DNA of 64,000 bases. Origin: an uncultured Eggerthellaceae bacterium (GTDB lineage: Bacteria > Actinomycetota > Coriobacteriia > Coriobacteriales > Eggerthellaceae). This document shows positions 1 to 10,137 of the stretch, piece after piece (within the stretch, counting starts at the first letter, position 1; every line of letters begins with the position of its first letter). The stretch spans positions 87,127 through 151,126 of the forward strand of contig CAUDUM010000007.1 of NCBI GenBank assembly GCA_958452575.1, given 5' to 3'. Under the pieces are notes generated by a model. The model had not been told where the DNA came from. It made no database searches and worked only from the letters and a program-made list of their open reading frames with translations. A program made the position numbers and the translations under genes.

Positions 1-6
1 ACCGCG

Positions 7-1362
7 TTGGAGGCCGCCGATTTCGAGGTCGCCGAAACCAAACCGGAGGGTGTTGCCGAGATCGCCCCGCTTTCCGGGCCGCTGCATGGGACCATCACTG
101 TGCCGGGCGACAAATCGATCTCGCATCGCGCCGTGCTCTTTTCGGCGATGGCGGAGGGCACCAGCCGCGTGATGGGAGTGCTCGATTCCGAGGATGTGCG
201 CTCTTCGATCCGCTGCGTGAGCGCGCTGGGCGCCGAGGTCTCGCTTGAGAAGCAGCCCGACGGCAGCCTTGCCGGCGGCATCACCGGATGGGGAGCCAAG
301 GGCCCCAAGCAGCCCGACGAGCCGTTGGACTGCGGCAACTCGGGCACCACCGCGCGCCTGCTCATGGGCATCCTCGCGCCGTGGGACATCAAGGTGACGC
401 TGTCGGGCGACGACTCGCTTTCGACGCGTCCGATGCGCCGCATCACGGCTCCGCTCATGAAGATGGGCGTGCGCTTCGAACCCGAGGGCCGCGAGCATCT
501 TCCCCTCACCGAGATCGGCAATCGCAGCCTGCGAGCCATTGAGTACGATGCGCCGATGGCATCCGCCCAGCTCAAAACCGCCGTGCTGCTGGCAGGAGCC
601 TATGCCCAGGGCACGACGACCCTGCGCGAGCCGGCTCGCTCCCGCAACCACACCGAGCTCATGCTCCCCGAATTCGGCGTTCCCACCACCGCGTCGGACC
701 TGCTGTCGTCGGTGGAGGGCCCGCGCGTGCTCCAGGCAAGCGAGGTCAACGTTCCGGGCGATCCGTCGTCCGCCGCGTTTCTCGTGTGCGCCGCGGTCCT
801 GCGTCCCGACAGTGCGATCCAGATCGAGAACGTCAGCCTCAACACCGCGCGCATCGGCTTCACGCGCACGCTCGAGCGCATGGGCGCCGAGGTCAGCGTC
901 GCCCGCGGCGGCATCTCCGGCAAAGAGCCCTCGGGCATGATCCAGGTTTGCTACACGCCGCATCTCAAAGGCTGCGAAATCCCCTCCCAGCATATCGCCT
1001 CGGTCATCGACGAGATCCCGATCCTCTCGCTGGTCGCCGCGCACGCCCAGGGCGTGACGGTGTTCCGCGACGTCAGCGAGCTGCGCGTCAAGGAGACCGA
1101 CCGCCTTGCCGCCACGATCGAGGGTTTGGCGCTGCTCGGCGTCGACGCATGGGAGGACGGCGACGACCTCTTCATCGAGGGCCAGCCCGATCTCAAGGTT
1201 CCCGAAGGCATCGTCTTCGACTCCAAGGGCGACCATCGCCTGGCGATGACGTGGGCCGTTGCCGGCATGACGGCAGGCGTTCCCGTCAAGATCAAAGGAT
1301 TCGACTCCGTCAGCATCAGCTATCCCGGATTTTTGGCAGATATGGAAAGGTTGGCACGATGA
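7..1362 (+). CDS. aroA: 3-phosphoshikimate 1-carboxyvinyltransferase (EPSP synthase)
   Basis: 451 aa. Motifs PGDKSISHR and LDCGNSGTTARLL. Non-ATG start close to the window edge, so the true start could lie upstream. Confidence 0.9.
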   Translation: MEAADFEVAETKPEGVAEIAPLSGPLHGTITVPGDKSISHRAVLFSAMAEGTSRVMGVLDSEDVRSSIRCVSALGAEVSLEKQPDGSLAGGITGWGAKGPKQPDEPLDCGNSGTTARLLMGILAPWDIKVTLSGDDSLSTRPMRRITAPLMKMGVRFEPEGREHLPLTEIGNRSLRAIEYDAPMASAQLKTAVLLAGAYAQGTTTLREPARSRNHTELMLPEFGVPTTASDLLSSVEGPRVLQASEVNVPGDPSSAAFLVCAAVLRPDSAIQIENVSLNTARIGFTRTLERMGAEVSVARGGISGKEPSGMIQVCYTPHLKGCEIPSQHIASVIDEIPILSLVAAHAQGVTVFRDVSELRVKETDRLAATIEGLALLGVDAWEDGDDLFIEGQPDLKVPEGIVFDSKGDHRLAMTWAVAGMTAGVPVKIKGFDSVSISYPGFLADMERLAR

Positions 1363-2039
1363 TCATCGCTATCGACGGCCCCAGCGGGGCGGGCAAATCC
1401 ACAGTCGCGAAGGCTGTGGCGCGCAAGCTTGGATTCTCCTGCCTCGACACGGGCGCGATGTACCGCGCCGTGGCATGGCAGGCCGTTCAGAACGGCGTCG
1501 CCTTGGATGACGACGGATCCCTGGGAGAGATCGCGCGCTCCTACGAGATCGAGTTCAAGCACCAGCCGGGCGAGCCCACCCCCTCCGGCGTGTCCATCGG
1601 CGGCGCGGACGTGACCGACGCCATCCGCACCTCCGAGATCGACAGGGCCGTCAGCCCCGTGTCCGCCGCCCCGTCGGTGCGCGAGGCCCTGGTCGAGCAG
1701 CAGCGCCGCATCGGCAACGCGGGCGACTACGTGGTCGAGGGGCGCGACATCGGCACGACCGTGTTCCCCAACGCCGAGGTGAAGGTGTTCCTGACCGCCT
1801 CGGACGAAGAGCGGGCCCATCGTCGCGTGCGCCAGAACGTCGATCGCGGCATCGGGTCCATCGACTACGAGGAAGTGCTTGCCGACCTGCGTCGTCGCGA
1901 CGAGGTTGACTCGTCGCGCGCCACCTCTCCGCTGCGTCCGGCGGACGATGCGGTGATGCTCGACTCCACCGGCCACTTCATCGAGGACATCATCGACCGG
2001 ATCTGCGGTCTTGCCGAATCCGCGCAGACGGGAAAGTAG
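1359..2039 (+). CDS. cmk: cytidylate kinase
   Basis: Internal ATG at 1359 gives MIIAIDGPSGAGKST (P-loop). ATGA overlap with the aroA stop. The upstream part of the long track ORF is Arg-rich shadow. Confidence 0.9.
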   Translation: MIIAIDGPSGAGKSTVAKAVARKLGFSCLDTGAMYRAVAWQAVQNGVALDDDGSLGEIARSYEIEFKHQPGEPTPSGVSIGGADVTDAIRTSEIDRAVSPVSAAPSVREALVEQQRRIGNAGDYVVEGRDIGTTVFPNAEVKVFLTASDEERAHRRVRQNVDRGIGSIDYEEVLADLRRRDEVDSSRATSPLRPADDAVMLDSTGHFIEDIIDRICGLAESAQTGK

Positions 2040-2054
2040 AACGGCGGAACCGCT

Positions 2055-2906
2055 ATGTTTCTTCCTTACGAGAAGATGTGGGACATGCCGCTGGGCGGCA
2101 CGTCCACCGAAAAGCAGATACCCCACTGGTTCGGCAACCTTGTCTGGATCGTGGTAGGCGCCATCTTCAAGCTGTTCTTCCGCTATCGCGTTGACGGTCG
2201 TGAGAACCTGCGCGGGTTCAAGGACAAGCGCGGCGTGCTGGTGGTTGCCAACCACACGTCGTTCCTCGACGTCGCCTTCATGTACCTTGCGGCGCGCCCC
2301 AGCCAGTGGGTGCGGCTTATCGGCCGCGAGAGCCTGTTCGACAACGCGCATGGTCTGGTCGGCCAGATCCTCTCGCGCGTGGGCGCGTTTCCCATCAAGC
2401 GCGACAGCGCCGACCGCACCGCCATCAAGCGTGCAACGCGCATGCTGAAGAACAACGAGTGCGTGGGCATCCTGCCCGAGGGCACGCGCCGCGGCAAGGG
2501 ATCCAAGACCCCCGAGATCCATGCCGGCGCTGTGTTCATCGCCAAGATGGCCAAGGCCCCCATCCTTCCCATGACGGTGCGCAACGCCGAATACGTCAAG
2601 CAGAAGGGCAAGTTCTTCCGCTTTCCCAAGATCACGATCGAATACGGGCAGCCGTTGCTCGTGAGCGATTTCGATTTCCTGCCCAAGGAGGATCGCATGG
2701 ACGGCTGCGCGTGGTACGCGATGCGCGAATGCTTCGCGCTGTCTCAGCGGGTGCCGCGCGAGCAGGTGGACATGAAGGCGCTGTTCCCCACGGGCCGCGA
2801 TTTCAGCGAGGTCTTCGCGCAGCACCCCATCCCCGAACATACGACAGCCGAGTTGACGGGCGAGGACAGGGCGGAGTCCGTCCAGAGCGAAGGCGGTGCG
2901 CGATGA
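2055..2906 (+). CDS. plsC: 1-acyl-sn-glycerol-3-phosphate acyltransferase
   Basis: NHTSFLD (HX4D) and PEGTR acyltransferase motifs. Confidence 0.8.
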   Translation: MFLPYEKMWDMPLGGTSTEKQIPHWFGNLVWIVVGAIFKLFFRYRVDGRENLRGFKDKRGVLVVANHTSFLDVAFMYLAARPSQWVRLIGRESLFDNAHGLVGQILSRVGAFPIKRDSADRTAIKRATRMLKNNECVGILPEGTRRGKGSKTPEIHAGAVFIAKMAKAPILPMTVRNAEYVKQKGKFFRFPKITIEYGQPLLVSDFDFLPKEDRMDGCAWYAMRECFALSQRVPREQVDMKALFPTGRDFSEVFAQHPIPEHTTAELTGEDRAESVQSEGGAR

Positions 2907-3820
2907 AGGTTGTCCGCGCCGAGCAAGCCGGGGCCTGCTACGGCGTGCAGCGCGCGCTCGATCTTGCGATGGAGGCAGTGGAGGACGGCGGCAGGGCGTG
3001 CACGCTCGGCCCGCTCATCCACAATCCACGCGTAGTGGCCCGCTTGGAGGACCATGGCGTGCGCGCGGTGTCTTCTTTAGAGGACGCGTGCGACGACGAG
3101 ACGGTGGTCATACGCAGCCACGGCGTCACGCCCGAGGTCAAGCGCGCGGTTGAGCGCCGCGGGCTTCCGATGGTCGATGCCACCTGCCCGCACGTCGCCC
3201 GCGCGCAAAAAGCCGCGGCATCGCTGGCGCGCGAGGGCATGCAGGTGATCGTCGTGGGCGAAGAGGGCCACCCCGAGGTGGAGGGCCTTGTGGCGCACGC
3301 GCGCGAAGCGGAACGCTCCTTGGTCGAAGCGCAGGGGATCGATGCCGGAGTCGGCGCTGCCGTCGGTTCCGACGGCAAAGGCGCTCCTGCCTCCCGCGTC
3401 ACGGTGGTCGCGGCTCCCGCCGATCTGCCCGAGCGGATCGAGGCGCCCGTGGGCGTGGTCGTCCAGACGACCCAGACCCGTGCTGCGCTCGATGCCGTGC
3501 TGGAAGCGTTGCGCGAGCGGGGAATCGAGCCCACGGTAAAGGACACGATCTGCTTTGCCACGCGTCAGCGCCAGGAGGCGGCAGCGGCGCTTGCCGACGA
3601 GGTGGACGCTTTCGTTGTCATCGGCGGCCGCAACTCGTCCAACACCACGCGCCTTGCCGACATCTGCCGTGCCCGCTGCGGGCGCACGCACCATGTCGAG
3701 AGCGCCGACGAGCTTGACCCTGCCTGGTTCGAAGGCTGCGCGACCGTCGGCGTCACCGCCGGCGCCTCGACCCCCGAAGATCAGATCGCCGCCGTCGAAG
3801 AGGCGTTGCTGGCGCTCTAG
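2903..3820 (+). CDS. ispH: 4-hydroxy-3-methylbut-2-enyl diphosphate reductase
   Basis: ATG at 2903 (ATGA overlap with plsC) gives MKVVRAEQAGACYGVQRAL, a LytB/IspH-like sequence. Conserved Cys positions present. Confidence 0.9.
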   Translation: MKVVRAEQAGACYGVQRALDLAMEAVEDGGRACTLGPLIHNPRVVARLEDHGVRAVSSLEDACDDETVVIRSHGVTPEVKRAVERRGLPMVDATCPHVARAQKAAASLAREGMQVIVVGEEGHPEVEGLVAHAREAERSLVEAQGIDAGVGAAVGSDGKGAPASRVTVVAAPADLPERIEAPVGVVVQTTQTRAALDAVLEALRERGIEPTVKDTICFATRQRQEAAAALADEVDAFVVIGGRNSSNTTRLADICRARCGRTHHVESADELDPAWFEGCATVGVTAGASTPEDQIAAVEEALLAL

Positions 3821-3855
3821 CGGACGGGTAGGAGCTCGTGATGGAGCAGCAAACC

Positions 3856-3875
3856 GGAAACGAGTACTCGTTTCC
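3856..3875. terminator. perfect 20-nt palindrome between convergent ispH and the HD-GYP gene (candidate bidirectional terminator)
   Basis: ggaaacgagt/actcgtttcc read directly from the sequence. No strong U-tract. Confidence 0.45.
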
Positions 3876-3904
3876 AGTTTCCCAGGGTCTCGTCAAAAGC
3901 GTGT

Positions 3905-4993
3905 CTAGCGATACAGCCGATCGATCGCGGGCTCCACCGCCTCGAACGCCTTCAGCAGCTCGGGGTTGAAGGCGCCGCATTCGCCGCCGGTGATCATCTG
4001 CATGACCTTCTCGCGACCGTATGCGTCCTTGTACACGCGCTTGCTGCGCAGGGCGTCGTACACGTCGGCGAGCGCCACCACCTGCGACCACACGCTGATC
4101 TCGTCTCCGACGAGCCCATCGGGGTAGCCCCGCCCGTCCCAGCGCTCATGATGGTGACGCGCGATGTCGACGGCGAAATCGTAGGCATCCAACTGGCGGA
4201 ACTGGGGGATCCGCTCCATCATGTCGGCTCCCACGACCGTATGCGACTTGATCACCTCGAACTCCTCGGGCGTCAGCCGTCCGGGCTTGCACAGGATCGC
4301 GTCGGGGATGGCGATCTTGCCCACATCGTGCATCATCGACGCCATTTCGATCGCGTCGATCTCCTCGGAGGTCAGCGACGCTCCCAGCGGCGTGCCCTCG
4401 AGCATCAGGCGTGTGATCGTGCGGATGCGCCGCACGTGCTCGCCCGACTCGCCGTCGCGGAACTCGATGGCGGCGGCCAACGCCTCGATCATGCCGTTGC
4501 TCAGGGATATGATGCGCTTCGCCTGCTCGAGCAGCTGGGTCTGCTGGCTTTCGACCGTGTTGCTCAACCGCCGCCGCGATTGGTACAGCTCGATGACGGA
4601 TTCGACGCGCCGCTCCACCACGTAGGGCACGATCGGCTTGCCGATGACGTCCATGACCCCCAGGTCGTAGGCGCCGCGCGTCACGTCGAAATCGGTCTCG
4701 GCGGTGATCAGGAACACGGGGATGCGCGCCAGCAGGTCGCGTTTGACAAGGTTTTGCAGCACCTCCAGGCCGTCCATGCCCTCCATGGCAAAGTCGAGGA
4801 GGATGGCGCAGTAGCGCATCGGATCGGCAAGGACCAGCGAGAGCCCCTCGCGACCGTCCTCCGCTTCCTGGATGTCGTGGTTCGATTTGAAGATCTCGCC
4901 GAGCACCAGGCGCGTGATGGGGTCGTCGTCGACGATCAGGATGGTGTTGGGCTCGCTATCCAACGGTCCGAGAGTGATGTCTTCGTGTGCCAT
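3905..4993 (-). CDS. response regulator with HD-GYP phosphodiesterase domain (RpfG-like)
   Basis: REC domain (ILIVDDD...LLDFAMEGMDG) plus HD-GYP (HHERWDGRGYPDGL). Start moved to the ATG at 4993, which is preceded by AAGGAGAG. Confidence 0.85.
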   Translation of the reverse strand: MAHEDITLGPLDSEPNTILIVDDDPITRLVLGEIFKSNHDIQEAEDGREGLSLVLADPMRYCAILLDFAMEGMDGLEVLQNLVKRDLLARIPVFLITAETDFDVTRGAYDLGVMDVIGKPIVPYVVERRVESVIELYQSRRRLSNTVESQQTQLLEQAKRIISLSNGMIEALAAAIEFRDGESGEHVRRIRTITRLMLEGTPLGASLTSEEIDAIEMASMMHDVGKIAIPDAILCKPGRLTPEEFEVIKSHTVVGADMMERIPQFRQLDAYDFAVDIARHHHERWDGRGYPDGLVGDEISVWSQVVALADVYDALRSKRVYKDAYGREKVMQMITGGECGAFNPELLKAFEAVEPAIDRLYR

Positions 4994-5169
4994 GGCTCTC
5001 CTTCGACGCGTCAAGGGGCGATCTTCATCGCTATGGTATGCGTTTACGTTCAACTCCACAACTCCGTCATAATACCGGTGCATTCCTGTTACCCCCCTAT
5101 GCGTTTGATAAAATGAGCCTCGCCGGACGAGAGTGCGGCTAACCGGAAAACGGCAAACAAGAAGGCGCT

Positions 5170-6876
5170 ATGCTTACCAGTGATACCGAGAAACTGTATC
5201 CTTCCGCCAAGACGCTGGTGAAGGATTGCATCGCAAGTCGCATCCATGCAAAGGATGCCTCCGTGTACGACTTCTCCGACGAAGCGCGGGAGTGCGCCGA
5301 GGAGTTCATGGGCTGGACCGATCTTGCCAGCAACCCCCCGTATCCGCTTGAGGAGATCCAGAGATTCGCCGACGAGGTCATCGAGGCGGGGCTCAAGACC
5401 GTCGTCCTCATCGGCCAGGGCGGCTCTACCCAGGCGCCGATGACCATCACCAAATACAACAAGCCGGATTCCACGCGGATCAAGTTCCGCACCATCGACT
5501 CCGACTCGCCGGTCCGCGTGCGCGCGATGCTCGCCGAGATCGATCCCAAAACCACGCTGTTCGTCATCTCGTCGAAAAGCGGCGGCACCATCGAGCCGCG
5601 TCTGATGCTGCGCGCGGTGCGCGAGCAGCTTGCCCCGGTCATGTCCGAAGACGAGATGGTCAAGCATCTCGTCGCGATCACCGATCCCGGCTCCCAGCTC
5701 GAGCAGCAGGCAAAGCAGGAAGGCTGGCGCGCGGTGTTCCCGGGCGAGCCGTCCGTGGGCGGCCGGTTCTCCGCGCTGTCGGTGTTCGGCCTTTTGCCTG
5801 CAGCGTTGGTGGGCATCGACCTGAAGACCTTCGTCGAGCACGGCGCCGAGGCCGAGCGCGTCTGCAGCGAGGACGCCATCGACAACCCGGCAATCGGCTT
5901 GGCGGCGTTCCTGTACGACAACTACCTTGCCGGCCGCAACAAGTTCTCGTTCCTCACGCAGAAGCGCGGCCGCGTTCTGGGCCTGTGGATCGAGCAGCTG
6001 GTGGCGGAAAGCCTGGGCAAGCACGGTCAGGGCATCCTGCCCAACATCGAGATCGATTCGCTGCTTTTGACCAAGGATCCCGGCGACCGCACGGTCGTCA
6101 TGTACCAGACGCGCAACGACCTGTGGGATGAGCGCCACAACTTCGAGATGAGCCTTTCCTACATCGACTCGTCGATTCCGCGCGCCAACTACAAGATCGA
6201 CTCGGTCGAGGAGCTTCCCGAGCACTTTGTGATGTGGGAATACGCCATCGCGATGTGCGGCTATCTGATGAAGATCTGCCCGTTCGACCAGCCTGACGTG
6301 TCGGCCGCCAAGGCGGAGGTGCTCGGCATTCTGCGCGACGGCCATCCCGAGCCCGATTTCGTGCAGGATTTCTTCGGCGACGTCCACATGGGGCAGGCGG
6401 AGGTTCGCCTGGCGCCGTGCTTCAAGGATTGCACCGACATCTACGGCGCCCTCAGCGCGCTTCTCAACAGCATCCAGCCGGGCGACTACTTTGCGCTGAA
6501 CGCGTTTCTCCCGTTCACGGGCGAGGGACGCCGTGAGGCGTTGGAGCAGATCCGCCACGGAGTGGCCGACAAGCGCGGCGTCGCGTCGTGCCTGGAGGTG
6601 GGTCCGCGCTACCTGCATTCGACCGGCCAGCTGCAAAAAGGCGGCCCCAATTCGGGCGTGTTCCTCATCCTGTCCGCCGACGAGCTCAAGGACATCCCGC
6701 TCAAGCAGGAGGCCGAAAGCCTGGGAACGCTGGCAAAGGCTCAGGCCGAAGGCGATCTTCTGACGCTCGCTTCGCGCGGCCGCCGTTGCGTGCACCTGCA
6801 CCTGCCCGACAACTCAAGCGTGACCATCCGCGCTCTGGCGGAGATCATCGACTCCATTCTGGATACGCGCGCCTGA
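5170..6876 (+). CDS. pgi: glucose-6-phosphate isomerase (PGI family, SIS domains)
   Basis: PGI signature VGGRFSALS. Also IGQGGSTQAP and ISSKSGGTIEP SIS motifs. Confidence 0.8.
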   Translation: MLTSDTEKLYPSAKTLVKDCIASRIHAKDASVYDFSDEARECAEEFMGWTDLASNPPYPLEEIQRFADEVIEAGLKTVVLIGQGGSTQAPMTITKYNKPDSTRIKFRTIDSDSPVRVRAMLAEIDPKTTLFVISSKSGGTIEPRLMLRAVREQLAPVMSEDEMVKHLVAITDPGSQLEQQAKQEGWRAVFPGEPSVGGRFSALSVFGLLPAALVGIDLKTFVEHGAEAERVCSEDAIDNPAIGLAAFLYDNYLAGRNKFSFLTQKRGRVLGLWIEQLVAESLGKHGQGILPNIEIDSLLLTKDPGDRTVVMYQTRNDLWDERHNFEMSLSYIDSSIPRANYKIDSVEELPEHFVMWEYAIAMCGYLMKICPFDQPDVSAAKAEVLGILRDGHPEPDFVQDFFGDVHMGQAEVRLAPCFKDCTDIYGALSALLNSIQPGDYFALNAFLPFTGEGRREALEQIRHGVADKRGVASCLEVGPRYLHSTGQLQKGGPNSGVFLILSADELKDIPLKQEAESLGTLAKAQAEGDLLTLASRGRRCVHLHLPDNSSVTIRALAEIIDSILDTRA

Positions 6877-7096
6877 CGGCACGAGCATGCCGCCGACGCT
6901 GCGAAAGGCCTGGCACCGGATCTCGCGGCGATTACGAATGTCCTGCGCAATCAAGTTGCGCAGGACGCGCCCGCTCGGACGTATAGACAGGAATCGAACA
7001 AGCCAGAGGGCTTGTTCGATGCGCACCGGAGTACGCGCGTCCGCGCGATCCCCACGAACCCCGACATCAGGGTCCTTCTCGCTGACGTTGCGAACG
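6877..7096 (+). repeat. intergenic repeat family 1, copy 4 (longest copy, upstream of hypF)
   Basis: 5' anchor GCCGACGCTGC at 6892-6902 and 3' anchor CTCGCTGACGTTGCGAACG at 7078-7096. Contains two extra perfect hairpins, gtcctgcgcaa/ttgcgcaggac and atcgaacaagcc/ggcttgttcgat. Confidence 0.7.
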
Positions 7097-7136
7097 CGAT
7101 GTGAGATGATTGGTGCTGTTGAGAAAGGGGAGCCCA

Positions 7137-9797
7137 ATGCTCGAAGCGCTTGATATTCATGTGACGGGGGTCGTGCAGGGCGTGGGGTTTCGCCCGTTCG
7201 TCTATCGGACGGCCAAGCGCAACCTCGTCAACGGCTGGGTGCTCAATGCGGTCGACGGCGTCGATATCCATGCGGAGGGCGAGTCGCGTCTTTTGGACGC
7301 ATTCGTCATCGAGCTGTCCGAGAACGCCCCTGCGGCAGCGCAAGTCCGCGAGATCGATCTGAAGGAAGTGCCGCTGCGGGGCTGCCAAGGTTTTGAGATC
7401 CGCTTTTCTGAAGACGAAGGCGGGCGCGAGACGACGCTCGTGTCGCCCGATCTGGCCACGTGCGACGATTGCGTGCGCGAGCTGTTTGACCCCGCCGACC
7501 GGCGCTACCGCTATCCGTTCATCAACTGCACCAATTGCGGGCCGCGCTTCACCATCATCGACAAGCTCCCCTATGACCGTCCCGCCACTTCGATGAAGGG
7601 CTTTAAGATGTGCCCGACCTGCGCGGCCGAGTACGCCGATCCTGCCGATCGCCGCTTCCATGCGCAACCCGACGCCTGCTTTGATTGCGGGCCGCGCGTT
7701 TCGTGGAGGCGGGGCGACGGTCCGATCGAATGGGGCGATACGCGCGAGGCAAGCGATGCGATCTTCGCCGAAGCCGTCGAGCTGCTGCTCGCAGGCGGCA
7801 TCGTCGCGGTGAAGGGCCTAGGCGGCTTTCATCTGGTATGCGACGCCTCCAATGCCCAGGCGGTCGCGAACCTTCGCGAGCGCAAGCATCGCGAGGGCAA
7901 GGCGTTCGCCGTGATGATGGGCTCCGCGGATGACGCGCGGCGGGTCTGCCTCGTGAACGATGCCGAGCAACGTCTGCTGGAAGGTCCCCAGCGCCCGATC
8001 GTGCTGCTGCGCAAGCTTCCCGGCGTCTCGTTGACGCCCCGGCTTGCGGACAAGCTGCCCGAGCTGGGCGTGATGCTGCCCTGCACGCCCGTCCAGCATC
8101 TCCTCATGCATGATTTCGCCGAAGCCGTCGCGACGCGCAGGGGAGAAGGGGGCGCTTGCGGGGCGGAGGCGTGCGCCGATGCGGCCGATATTCCCCCGAT
8201 GCTCGTTATGACCTCGGGCAACATCCATGACGAGCCCATCGTCACCGACGACGAGGCGGCCTACGAGCGCCTTGCCGGCGTCGTCGACGCGTTTTTGGGC
8301 AACAACCGTCCCATCCTGTCGCGCTACGACGATTCGGTGGCGCGCATCATCAAGGCGGGTTCGTCGGGCGATGCCGTTCAGATGATCCGCCGCGCGCGCG
8401 GCTATGCTCCCGCCCCCATCGCCGTGGAGCAGGGGGGCGACCCGAATCGCAAGACGCTTTTGGCGGTGGGTCCCGAGCAGAAGAACACGCTTGCCTACGC
8501 GCGCCAGGGCGCGCAGCGTTCGGAAGCGTTCGTCTCGCAGCATATCGGCGATATGGAAAACGCCGAGACCTTCGACGCCTGGCTCGAGGCCAAGGACCGC
8601 TACGCCAGGCTGTTCCGTTTGAACCCGTCGATCTTGGCATGCGATCGCCATCCTGAGTACCTGTCGACCAAATGGGCCCATGAGCAGGCGCTGAACAACG
8701 GCGTCGCGCTCGTGGAGGTGCAGCACCATCACGCCCATATCGCCTCGGTTCTGGGGGAGAACGCGATCGACGACGCGGTGTGCGGCATCGCATTCGACGG
8801 CACGGGATACGGCGTCGACGGCGCCATTTGGGGCGGCGAGGTGCTTTTGGCAAACCGCCAGGCATTCGAGCGCTTCGCCAACTTTGCCTACGTGCCCATG
8901 CCGGGCGGCGCCGCCGCGATCAAAAGCCCCCTGCGCATGGCGTACGGCGCGCTGTGGGAGTTCGACCTTTTGGACCATCCGGCGGCGGAGGGGGCCCTCG
9001 CCCCTCTGGGGAAGGACGCGCTTGAGGTGTGCGACCGCATGATCGAGCGCGGATTGAACACCCCCTACACCTCGTCGGTCGGCCGCCTGTTCGATGCCGC
9101 CAGCGCCCTTTTGGGCATCTGTACCGATCCCTCCTACGAAGGCGAGCCCGCGATCCTGCTTGAGGCAGCGATCGAAGGCGAAAACGAAGGCGTCAACAAT
9201 GCAGGTCCGTCCGCGTCCGCGGAGGATGGAGCGACCGTCTGCACACAAACGAGCCATTCATCTGATTGCAGCAGCGAAGCGCACGAGGCCGAAGGCCGAG
9301 CAGCGAAGCGTCGCGTCGCGGAATCCTCTGCGGACGCGGACGGACCGGACAACTCCAGACGGCTTGTCGCGGAGTCATCCGCCGATGCGGACGCCCGCAC
9401 GCGCTATCGGATCGAGATCGTCAAGAACACCGCCACGTCCGAAAGCACGGCTCAGGACACCTCGGTGCTGTTGCTGGACGCGGCGCCCGTGTTCAAGGCG
9501 TTGCTGGACGATCTTGCCGCCGGCGTGCCGGTCGGCGTGATCGCGCGTCGCTTCCATGACGCGTTCGTCCAGGCGATCGCCGACGTGGCAGAGCTGTGCC
9601 GGGCTTTGTACGGGATTGGGACGGTGGCGCTCTCGGGCGGGGTGTTCATGAACCGCTACCTCATCGAGAACGCGCTTGAGACGCTGGAGCGCGCTGGTTT
9701 CACGGTTGCCGTCAACCGCGAGCTGCCGCCCAACGATGGCTGCGTCTCGTACGGCCAGGCTGTGGTAGCATGGGCCGCGAACGACGAGAAAGCCTGA
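7137..9797 (+). CDS. hypF: [NiFe]-hydrogenase maturation carbamoyltransferase HypF
   Basis: Acylphosphatase-like N-terminus (VTGVVQGVGFRPFVYR), two CxxC zinc-finger pairs, and YrdC-like and Kae1-like regions. Start at the ATG preceded by AAGGGGAG. Confidence 0.9.
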   Translation: MLEALDIHVTGVVQGVGFRPFVYRTAKRNLVNGWVLNAVDGVDIHAEGESRLLDAFVIELSENAPAAAQVREIDLKEVPLRGCQGFEIRFSEDEGGRETTLVSPDLATCDDCVRELFDPADRRYRYPFINCTNCGPRFTIIDKLPYDRPATSMKGFKMCPTCAAEYADPADRRFHAQPDACFDCGPRVSWRRGDGPIEWGDTREASDAIFAEAVELLLAGGIVAVKGLGGFHLVCDASNAQAVANLRERKHREGKAFAVMMGSADDARRVCLVNDAEQRLLEGPQRPIVLLRKLPGVSLTPRLADKLPELGVMLPCTPVQHLLMHDFAEAVATRRGEGGACGAEACADAADIPPMLVMTSGNIHDEPIVTDDEAAYERLAGVVDAFLGNNRPILSRYDDSVARIIKAGSSGDAVQMIRRARGYAPAPIAVEQGGDPNRKTLLAVGPEQKNTLAYARQGAQRSEAFVSQHIGDMENAETFDAWLEAKDRYARLFRLNPSILACDRHPEYLSTKWAHEQALNNGVALVEVQHHHAHIASVLGENAIDDAVCGIAFDGTGYGVDGAIWGGEVLLANRQAFERFANFAYVPMPGGAAAIKSPLRMAYGALWEFDLLDHPAAEGALAPLGKDALEVCDRMIERGLNTPYTSSVGRLFDAASALLGICTDPSYEGEPAILLEAAIEGENEGVNNAGPSASAEDGATVCTQTSHSSDCSSEAHEAEGRAAKRRVAESSADADGPDNSRRLVAESSADADARTRYRIEIVKNTATSESTAQDTSVLLLDAAPVFKALLDDLAAGVPVGVIARRFHDAFVQAIADVAELCRALYGIGTVALSGGVFMNRYLIENALETLERAGFTVAVNRELPPNDGCVSYGQAVVAWAANDEKA

Positions 9798-9855
9798 CGC
9801 GCCTCACCGTCCTCGACGGGCGCTGCGACGCGGGCTCGAAGGGGGAACGATAGCG

Positions 9856-10137
9856 ATGTGCCTTGCCATCCCTGCCAAGATCACCGAGATGAAGGACAAC
9901 CATCTGGCGACGGTCGACATCCTGGGCGTCAAACGCGATATCGCGCTTGATCTGACGCCTCAGGCCGAGCTGGGCGATTTCGTGCTGGTGCATGCCGGCT
10001 TTGCCATCGAGGTGGTCGATCCCGATTACGCTCAGGAGACCATCGACCTCATCATGCGGTTCCCGGAGCTTGCGGGCGATGACGTGCCCCAGCCCGCCGA
10101 AACCGCGCAGTCCGTCGGCGCGGAGGCCGTGCGATGA
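9856..10137 (+). CDS. hypC: hydrogenase assembly chaperone HypC/HupF
   Basis: MCLAIPAKI N-terminus with essential Cys2. 93 aa. Confidence 0.9.
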   Translation: MCLAIPAKITEMKDNHLATVDILGVKRDIALDLTPQAELGDFVLVHAGFAIEVVDPDYAQETIDLIMRFPELAGDDVPQPAETAQSVGAEAVR